Assembly (NCBI RefSeq): GCF_003057965.1
Contig: NZ_CP020921.1
Span: 1,476,916 to 1,540,915, forward strand
Source of the DNA: Thermodesulfobium acidiphilum
Lineage (GTDB): Bacteria; Thermodesulfobiota; Thermodesulfobiia; Thermodesulfobiales; Thermodesulfobiaceae
Direction: 5' to 3'
Length of the DNA stretch: 64,000 nt
Made by a program: the position numbers and the translations under genes. This document shows positions 57,252-64,000 of the stretch, one piece after another. Below the pieces are notes generated by a model. The model saw only the letters and a list, made by a program, of their open reading frames with translations, was not told the origin of the DNA and did no database searches. Numbering within the stretch: the first letter of the stretch is position 1; the number at the start of each line of letters is the position of its first letter.

Positions 57252-58880
57252 CTATCCTAAAATTGCTTTGAGATCTTCATCAGGAGTTTTGATTGGAGCA
57301 ATATTAAAGTTTTTCACCAACACATCAAGGACGTTTGGTGTTATAAAAGCAGGCAAAGATGGCCCTAGTTTTATATTTTTTATCCCAAGGTACAATAGAC
57401 TCAGTAAAATTGCCACTGCTTTTTGCTCATACCATGAGAGTATCAAAGAAAGCGGCAAATCGTTAACCCCTACATTAAACGCTTTTGCCAAAGCATCAGC
57501 AAGTACTACTGCTGAATATGCATCATTACATTGCCCAACATCTATAAGTCTGGGAAGCCCATCAATTTCACCCAACTTTTTATCAAAAAATCTAAATTTC
57601 CCACAGGCAAGAGTCAATACAATGCAGTCTTCAGGTACTTTTTCTACAAATTCAGAATAATAAGATCTTCCTGGTTTTGCACCATCACATCCTCCTACAA
57701 GGAAAAAGTGTCTTATTTTTTTGTTCTTCACAAGATCTACGACCTTTGAGGCTGCCAAAAGAAGCGTTTTCCTACCAAAACCAACCATTACAGAACCATT
57801 ATCGAGATCCTCTTCAAATCCTTCCATTTCAAGAGCTTTCTGAATAACTAAAGAATAGTCATAATTTGTGATGTGTTTAACGCCTGGCCAGGCTACCACA
57901 CCTGTTGTAAAAATATTGTTAAAATAACTTTTTTGTGGCCTTTGAATACAGTTTGTAGTCATAACTATTGGGCCGGGGAAGTGAGGAAATTCTTTTATTT
58001 GATTTTGCCATGCAGTTCCAAAGTGCCCATAAAAATGAGGATATTTTTCTTTTAACAACGGATAACCATGAGTAGGAAGCATCTCGCCATGGGTATAAAC
58101 ATAAATGCCTTTGTCCTGACTTTGTTTCAAAATTTCTTCTAAATCTTTCAAATCGTGTCCTGAAACCAATATTGCCTTTCCTTTCTTGTGACCGAGAGGA
58201 ACTGTTGTTGGGACAGGATCGCCATAAGTTTTTGTATTTGCTCTATCAAGAAGTTCCATAGCAAGAAGATTGTATTTCCCTACTTCGAGAGTTCTAGTCA
58301 CCCAATCCTCTAAAGATATATCATTTCTCGTAAGATCAAAAAGGGTTCTAAACATATATTCATAGAGATCCTTGCTAGATTCTCCCAAAATCGCTGCGTG
58401 ATCGGCATAAGCTGCTATGCCCTTTAAACCAAAAAGTATAGTATGTTTCAAGGCTCTCTTATCTGGATCTGTTTCTGGATCATTTTTTAATCCAAACTTT
58501 TTTCCTTGAGCTTCTAATTCTGGAATGTTGTTTGCAAACTTAAAGTTAGCAATATCAGGAAATTCAATTTCATGATTTTCGGTTACAGCCTTTTTTAAAT
58601 CATCTCTTTTCTTCTGCGCTAATTTGATCCACTCTTTCAATCTTTCTGGATCAAAATCTACATTTGTTAGTGTTGAAAATAATGCCTGACAAACAAAGTG
58701 TCCTAGCTTCTCATCTACATCTATTCCTACTTCTTTTGCACTTTGAATTACAGATGAAAGGCTTTCCAAAGAAAATATCAATAGATCTTGCAAGCTGCTC
58801 GTAGTTTCATCTTTACCACAAACTCCCTGAATTTCACATCCTACCCCCTTTGCTGCTTGTTCACATTGATAACAAAACAT
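57252..58880 (-). CDS. hcp: Hybrid cluster protein (hydroxylamine/NO reductase)
   Basis: MFCYQCEQ...GC...GVCGK, SGHDL, YTHGEMLP, TTNC, GGCDG, LACGK, GQCND and SWYEQKA. Confidence 0.98.
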   Translation of the reverse strand: MFCYQCEQAAKGVGCEIQGVCGKDETTSSLQDLLIFSLESLSSVIQSAKEVGIDVDEKLGHFVCQALFSTLTNVDFDPERLKEWIKLAQKKRDDLKKAVTENHEIEFPDIANFKFANNIPELEAQGKKFGLKNDPETDPDKRALKHTILFGLKGIAAYADHAAILGESSKDLYEYMFRTLFDLTRNDISLEDWVTRTLEVGKYNLLAMELLDRANTKTYGDPVPTTVPLGHKKGKAILVSGHDLKDLEEILKQSQDKGIYVYTHGEMLPTHGYPLLKEKYPHFYGHFGTAWQNQIKEFPHFPGPIVMTTNCIQRPQKSYFNNIFTTGVVAWPGVKHITNYDYSLVIQKALEMEGFEEDLDNGSVMVGFGRKTLLLAASKVVDLVKNKKIRHFFLVGGCDGAKPGRSYYSEFVEKVPEDCIVLTLACGKFRFFDKKLGEIDGLPRLIDVGQCNDAYSAVVLADALAKAFNVGVNDLPLSLILSWYEQKAVAILLSLLYLGIKNIKLGPSLPAFITPNVLDVLVKNFNIAPIKTPDEDLKAILG

Positions 58881-58956
58881 TATAAGTCACTCTCCTTCAT
58901 TTATTTTTTTATCTTTTATCAAGAAATTAGGATAAAACTTTAAAGATAACAAATCA

Positions 58957-58970
58957 TTGATTTAGATCAA
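58957..58970. promoter_or_regulatory. FNR-type operator between hcp and its regulator
   Basis: Perfect TTGAT-TTAG-ATCAA palindrome. Confidence 0.85.
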
Positions 58971-59019
58971 TATAGTAAAATTATATAGAAAACAATTATT
59001 TAAGGAGAACGTATAATTA

Positions 59020-59685
59020 ATGGATAAAATTCTTAGATCCAACGTTTTTTTTAAAAACTTAAGCAACGAAGACATAGCAAAAATTTTAAATATCTCTCAT
59101 AAAATAGAACTAGATAATAACCAAATACTTTTTACTGAGGGAAGTCTGGCGTTAAACCTATTTATAGTTTTAAGTGGCAAAATGAAGGTTTTTAAAATTT
59201 CTCCATCCGGAAAAGAACAAATACTTCACATAATGACTTCTGGAGATTTGATTGCTGAAGCACCAATGTTTGCAGGACTTGATTATCCTGCAAACGCCCA
59301 ATGTATTGAGAAGTGCACTCTTTTAGCAATTGACAGAGAGGGCTTCAAAAATCTTATAATAAACAATCCAAATCTCACAATGAACATATTATCAGCTGTA
59401 TCCTTTAGACTTAGAAATTTTACCTCTCTTATTGAAGCTTTGTCCTTAAAAGAAGTTTCTGGTAGATTAGCATCTTATCTTTTGTACCAAAAAGAAGCTC
59501 AAAAAAGCTCAAAGATAGAATTGCCACTTACCAGAGCTGAACTCTCAAAATATTTTGGCACGATGCCCGAAACACTTTCAAGGATATTTACAAAATTTCA
59601 AAATCTAAATATTATCTCCACAAATAACAAGATTGTCACAATATTAGACGAAGAAGGTTTAAAAAAACAGGCATGGGGAATATAA
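59020..59685 (+). CDS. Crp/Fnr family regulator (HcpR/DNR-like)
   Basis: cNMP-binding fold (LF.EG, G.MKVFK.S.SGKEQIL) and HTH TRAELS...G..PETLSR; divergent from hcp. Confidence 0.93.
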   Translation: MDKILRSNVFFKNLSNEDIAKILNISHKIELDNNQILFTEGSLALNLFIVLSGKMKVFKISPSGKEQILHIMTSGDLIAEAPMFAGLDYPANAQCIEKCTLLAIDREGFKNLIINNPNLTMNILSAVSFRLRNFTSLIEALSLKEVSGRLASYLLYQKEAQKSSKIELPLTRAELSKYFGTMPETLSRIFTKFQNLNIISTNNKIVTILDEEGLKKQAWGI

Positions 59686-59697
59686 CTATTAGGTGCT

Positions 59698-61071
59698 CTA
59701 TTTAAAGTTAATAATGCCTATAGAATTTAAAAATATTATAATAAGCAATATTGGCGTTATAGTTTTTAGAACAAAGAGATATATCTCAGTAGCAAATTTA
59801 AGTTTTAGAAAATTATTTGAAAATTCATCCAAAACTGCTTTACGGTTCATAATATATCCAACAAATATTGCAATAAAAAATCCACCTATGGGTAATAAAA
59901 TATTTGAAGAAATATAGTCATACCAATCAAAAAATCCCTTCCCAAAAAACTTTATAGAACCCAAAAGAGAATTGGCGTCAACTGAAAGAGCAGCAGTTGA
60001 ACCTATTATTACGATTATTGTTGAGTTTACAATACTTGCAGCTTTTCTTGATATACCAAACTCTTCAGTATAGTATGCCACTAACACCTCTACAAGAGAG
60101 AGCATTGCAGTGGTAGCTGCAATTGAAGAGAGGAAGAAAAAAGCAATAAGCAAATAATTCCCCATGGGTATTTTTGAAAAAACAAGTGGAATTGTCATAA
60201 ACAAGAGCCCAGGACCAGCTCCTGGCTGCATTCCAAAAGCAAAAACCGTAGGAAAGATAGCAAGTCCTGCCAAAATAGACACAAGAGTATCAGAAAAGGC
60301 AACTGAAAATGCTGTTCTAAAAAGATTGTTATCTTTTGTAAAATAGCTGCTATAAGTAACCATTGTGCCCATACCAAGAGAGAGTTTAAAGAACGAAAGC
60401 CCAAGTGCTGTCAAAATTGCAACGGCAGTTAGTTTTGAAAAATCAACGTTGAAAAGAAACTTAACCCCATCAAAAGCTCCCGGAAGAGTAAGTGCTCTAA
60501 TATCACAAATTATGATCAACAAAAACAAAACTGGCATAAGCGTTTTGGTAACTCTTTCAATCCCTTTCTGAACGCCCATAATAAGAATCGATCCAACAGC
60601 TACCATAACAATTGACTGCCAGAGAATTGGCGTAAGAGGTCCTATTATAGTTTGAGTAAATTGAACCTTTGCGCTCTCCAAGGTAATACCAACAAAATCC
60701 CCTCTTATAGATTTAAATAGGTAACAATAAACCCATCCAGCTACACAGCTATAAAAAAACATAATTAAATATGCAGCTATCACTCCCATAGTACCTACAT
60801 GCTTCCACATTGTACCCGGAGCCAATTTCTTAAAAGCCCCAATTACGTTAGAACGGGTGTTTCTCCCAATGAAAAATTCGGCAAGCATTACAGGTATGCC
60901 GACAAATATAACGCAAAGAATATAAACTAATAAAAATGCTCCGCCTCCAAAAATGCCAGTCAAATAGGGAAATTTCCAAATGTTGCCTAATCCTACAGCA
61001 GATCCAAGTGCAGCAAAGAAAACAGCAATCCCAGAAGAAAACGTTTCTCTTTTTTTTGAACCTGAAGACAA
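59698..61071 (-). CDS. Sodium-dependent transporter, NSS (SLC6) family
   Basis: RE.F.S, GSAVGLGNIWKFPY..G..GGGAFL, FF.LSLG.G.M.TY.SY and GPGLLF. Confidence 0.96.
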   Translation of the reverse strand: MSSGSKKRETFSSGIAVFFAALGSAVGLGNIWKFPYLTGIFGGGAFLLVYILCVIFVGIPVMLAEFFIGRNTRSNVIGAFKKLAPGTMWKHVGTMGVIAAYLIMFFYSCVAGWVYCYLFKSIRGDFVGITLESAKVQFTQTIIGPLTPILWQSIVMVAVGSILIMGVQKGIERVTKTLMPVLFLLIIICDIRALTLPGAFDGVKFLFNVDFSKLTAVAILTALGLSFFKLSLGMGTMVTYSSYFTKDNNLFRTAFSVAFSDTLVSILAGLAIFPTVFAFGMQPGAGPGLLFMTIPLVFSKIPMGNYLLIAFFFLSSIAATTAMLSLVEVLVAYYTEEFGISRKAASIVNSTIIVIIGSTAALSVDANSLLGSIKFFGKGFFDWYDYISSNILLPIGGFFIAIFVGYIMNRKAVLDEFSNNFLKLKFATEIYLFVLKTITPILLIIIFLNSIGIINFK

Positions 61072-61108
61072 AACCTTTGCTCCTTCCTGTTTTAAAAAGT
61101 TGTTTTAA

Positions 61109-62098
61109 TTAGTTGTTAATCCTATCAAAATTTGGATTAAAGAGAATTAACAACAAGCCTAATATTATAGATGATATTAAACAGTAAACGCAAGCAGCTT
61201 TTACTATAAATATTTCAAGAATTGTCAGATAAATAGCAACAATAACAGCCAAAAAGGTAATCCAAAAAACTATTTTATTTAAATCAAAGTAAAATATTTT
61301 GTCTCTTTTTAAGATAAAAGAATTTATCCAGAAACCAAATAAACTAATAAATAACAATATCTCCAGTAATGCTAACGGAATTATGCCAAAAATATGAGAG
61401 AATGAACTTCTTTGCACCGTATTACAACCTGAAAATAATATACACACTCCAGAAGAATTGGTTGTTTCCAGATGAAATAAATAAATAGAAATTAAGAGAC
61501 CTATTAATATAAATACTAATGTTAAGAATTTTTTGATATATTTGAGAAAAATTGCATATTTCGTTAAATTCTTAAATTTAAACGTCAAAATTGAATATGA
61601 AGAGACTATTACCAAAAAGAAAAATGTAAAAATTGCAAAAGGCTTTCCTTCAGAATTTTCATTTTCAATTATATTAATATCTACATATTTAGAAAACTCA
61701 GAGTGAAGTACTCTTTCAGGAAAAGGTATGCCGCCATGATTAATACCATCCTGAATTAAATCTGGCAAATCTTTTTTTATTTCATCGGTTCCTATTAATA
61801 CCCTGTTACCTATAATCATAAAGGGAACTCCAACATCGCTTTTCTTAATACCATATTCAGCTGCTAAATTATAAAAAGGTTTCACCTGACTCTCTTTGTA
61901 AAGCATTATATAAGTAATCAACAATCTATCTTTAAATTTTTCCTGAATTGGAGGAAGTACATTTTCTATTACGTCATGACAGTGAGGGCATGTTGGACTC
62001 CAAAAAAGAACTACATTGACTTTGTTTGAGGCATAAGCATACCCTGTTTTAAAACATAAAGAAAATAATACAATTAGAAATAATATCCTCGATTTAAT
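61109..62098 (-). CDS. Thioredoxin-fold + vitamin K epoxide reductase (VKOR) fusion, probable ATT start at 62098
   Basis: The frame is open upstream of the track start (61924) and encodes a signal peptide and FWSPTCPHCH, then GVP (cis-Pro loop). The VKOR domain has C....GC..V..S.F and the CVYC active site. Confidence 0.88.
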   Translation of the reverse strand: MKSRILFLIVLFSLCFKTGYAYASNKVNVVLFWSPTCPHCHDVIENVLPPIQEKFKDRLLITYIMLYKESQVKPFYNLAAEYGIKKSDVGVPFMIIGNRVLIGTDEIKKDLPDLIQDGINHGGIPFPERVLHSEFSKYVDINIIENENSEGKPFAIFTFFFLVIVSSYSILTFKFKNLTKYAIFLKYIKKFLTLVFILIGLLISIYLFHLETTNSSGVCILFSGCNTVQRSSFSHIFGIIPLALLEILLFISLFGFWINSFILKRDKIFYFDLNKIVFWITFLAVIVAIYLTILEIFIVKAACVYCLISSIILGLLLILFNPNFDRINN

Positions 62099-62160
62099 AA
62101 AGCTTCCTCCAACAAAGAATTAAGTAAATATAACACATTTTTATAAAAAAGTATAAAAAC

Positions 62161-62186
62161 GGCAGGAGAAAAATACTTCTCCTGCC
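62161..62186 (-). terminator. Intrinsic terminator after cstA
   Basis: GGCAGGAGAA-6nt-TTCTCCTGCC, a 10-bp stem followed by GTTTTT on the minus strand. Confidence 0.85.
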
Positions 62187-62197
62187 AAAAATAACTA

Positions 62198-64000
62198 TTA
62201 ATCGCTTGTAGATTTTACAGCGTCAGATCCCGAAAGTATCTTTAACCAAACTCTTATTGAATCGAAAAGTACCCATATTCCCATAGCAAGGAGTAATATT
62301 GACAAAAATGCGTTAATTACTCCTGCTACATTCCCCTTCTGTGCCATCGGCAAGAATATATTGGCAAAATTCATCCATGCTGCAGTAAATGTGATCGTTA
62401 CCATAAAGGCACCAGGGATCATTGTGACCAAAGAATAAGATATCTTTCTTGTTCTTCTTAAAATTTCAGTAGTAGCAATCAAGAGCGCAAGACAGGCCAA
62501 AAGCTGGTTTGATGCACCAAACATAGGCCATATGGTGGAAACATTGCCAGAGTAAAGAAGGTAGCCCCAGAAAAACGAAACCAAAAAACCAGTTAACACA
62601 ATACCGAAATTCCAGTGTATATCTTTGAATTTTGGAACAAATATACCCAAAAATTCTTGTAAAAGATATCTTCCAACCCTTGTACCCGCATCTACTGCAG
62701 ATAATATAAACATTGCCTCAAACATAATTATAAAGTGATACCAATAACCCATCATACCAGTAAGAAACGGAACATTATCGAAAATATAAGCTATACCTGC
62801 TGCAAGAGAAACAGCACCACCCGGTCTACCTACAAGATTTTCTCCTACCAATTGAGAAATATAAGCAACTTGCTGGGTATGCATACCAAGTTTCTGAAAA
62901 ACAGCAGGTGCAGTATTTATAGCAAAATAGTCTCCTACAGGCAACACACAAGCAGCAATTAAAGCAAGGGCAGCAACAAAGCTTTCCATTATCATTGCGC
63001 CATACCCAATAAATCTTGCATCAGTTTCACAACTCAGCATTTTCGGTGTAGTACCAGTTCCAACCATACAGTGAAAACCAGATATAGCGCCACAAGCTAT
63101 TGTTATAAATAAATATGGGAATAGTGGACCCGGAATGATTGGACCTCCTCCACTTATAAATTTAGTGAATGGCGGCATTTGTAGCATTGGATGAGCTATT
63201 AATACTCCCAGAGCAATCGCCACTGCTACACCTATCTTCATATAACTGGACAAATAGTCTCTTGGCAAAAGAAGCATCCAAACTGGAAGTACAGATGCAA
63301 AAAAAGCGTAAGTTGGAAGCAAAATTTTCATTGTTTGTTCGCTATAAGTAAAGTATTTCGCAAACTCTGTACCAGGCACAATACTCCCAAGCCATGTTGC
63401 AACAAACAATAATATAACTCCAATTAAAGAGGCTTCACCTATTTTTCCAGGTCTAAAATGAAACATCCAAAACCCCATCAGAAATGCAATTGGAATTGTT
63501 AGACCTACAGTAACTGTCCCCCAGGGAGAACCCTTGAGAGCATTTACTACCGCAATGCTTAAACCAGCAAGAGTGAGAACCATTATAAGAAATATTGCAA
63601 GTGACATTACTCTACCAGTAGGAGTAGAGATTTCTTTTCTAGCAATTTCTGCAATAGACAAACCGCCCTGTCTTACAGATAAGACTAAAACAACAAAATC
63701 ATGTGTAGCACCAGCTATCACAGCACCTAAAACGATCCAAAGAAGTCCAGGCATAAAGCCCCACTGCGCAGCAAGAACCGGTCCAATCAATGGCCCTGCT
63801 CCTGCAATAGCCGCAAATTGATGCCCAAATAAAACATATTTATTTGTGGGCACATAATCTCTTCCGTCATTAATTTTACAGGCAGGCGTCTCTCTACCCG
63901 CATCTAAGCACATTACTTTGGCAGCGAGCCAGGCACTGTAATATCTATATCCAACCGCCCATAAACAGAATCCAAAAACCAGAAGTAAAATTGCGCTTGG
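62198..64000 (-). CDS. cstA: Carbon starvation protein A family (peptide/pyruvate transporter); start lies just beyond the window
   Basis: DG.DYVPT...LFGH.FAAIAGAGPL.GP, LPVW.LL.PRDYLS, FITIACGAISGFH and IWP.FG..NQLLA. The frame is open to base 64000. Confidence 0.95.
   Translation of the reverse strand, partial: PSAILLLVFGFCLWAVGYRYYSAWLAAKVMCLDAGRETPACKINDGRDYVPTNKYVLFGHQFAAIAGAGPLIGPVLAAQWGFMPGLLWIVLGAVIAGATHDFVVLVLSVRQGGLSIAEIARKEISTPTGRVMSLAIFLIMVLTLAGLSIAVVNALKGSPWGTVTVGLTIPIAFLMGFWMFHFRPGKIGEASLIGVILLFVATWLGSIVPGTEFAKYFTYSEQTMKILLPTYAFFASVLPVWMLLLPRDYLSSYMKIGVAVAIALGVLIAHPMLQMPPFTKFISGGGPIIPGPLFPYLFITIACGAISGFHCMVGTGTTPKMLSCETDARFIGYGAMIMESFVAALALIAACVLPVGDYFAINTAPAVFQKLGMHTQQVAYISQLVGENLVGRPGGAVSLAAGIAYIFDNVPFLTGMMGYWYHFIIMFEAMFILSAVDAGTRVGRYLLQEFLGIFVPKFKDIHWNFGIVLTGFLVSFFWGYLLYSGNVSTIWPMFGASNQLLACLALLIATTEILRRTRKISYSLVTMIPGAFMVTITFTAAWMNFANIFLPMAQKGNVAGVINAFLSILLLAMGIWVLFDSIRVWLKILSGSDAVKSTSD

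Noticed and set aside
1296-63821. Numerous 60-175 aa ORFs nested antisense or out of frame within confident genes
   Set aside because: They are shadow ORFs without RBS or motifs.
1-64000. CRISPR arrays, transposases, prophage or defence genes
   Set aside because: No regularly spaced repeats or recognisable proteins of these classes were seen.

Overview
A gene-dense, AT-rich chromosomal window from an anaerobic bacterium that uses selenocysteine. The gene content suggests a sulfate/lactate-metabolising Firmicute-like organism such as Thermodesulfobium, but this is only an inference. Housekeeping genes include pncB-like, thyX, rpmE, a DEAD-box helicase, ribBA-ribH-recG-rsmD-coaD, queC and a tRNA Gly-Cys-Leu cluster. 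Stress and respiration genes include cydAB, hcp with a divergent FNR-type regulator and a perfect TTGAT-N4-ATCAA box, and umuDC-like genes. There are many transporters (two TauE clusters, two lactate permeases, ClC, NSS, CstA, two ABC exporters) and a two-subunit pyruvate carboxylase. I saw no mobile element or CRISPR array. The ORF track misses several features: (i) selD with an in-frame UGA; (ii) a 72-aa BFD-like [2Fe-2S] selenoprotein (37952-38170) divergent from a double-cubane reductase/activase pair; (iii) a strong-RBS upstream ORF in the leader of that pair with an in-frame UGA and a SECIS-like hairpin, a candidate selenium-sensing translational switch; (iv) thyX and a thioredoxin-VKOR gene that appear to start at ATT codons; (v) a UmuD that looks pre-cleaved and non-catalytic, with an RBS-sequestering inverted repeat upstream.
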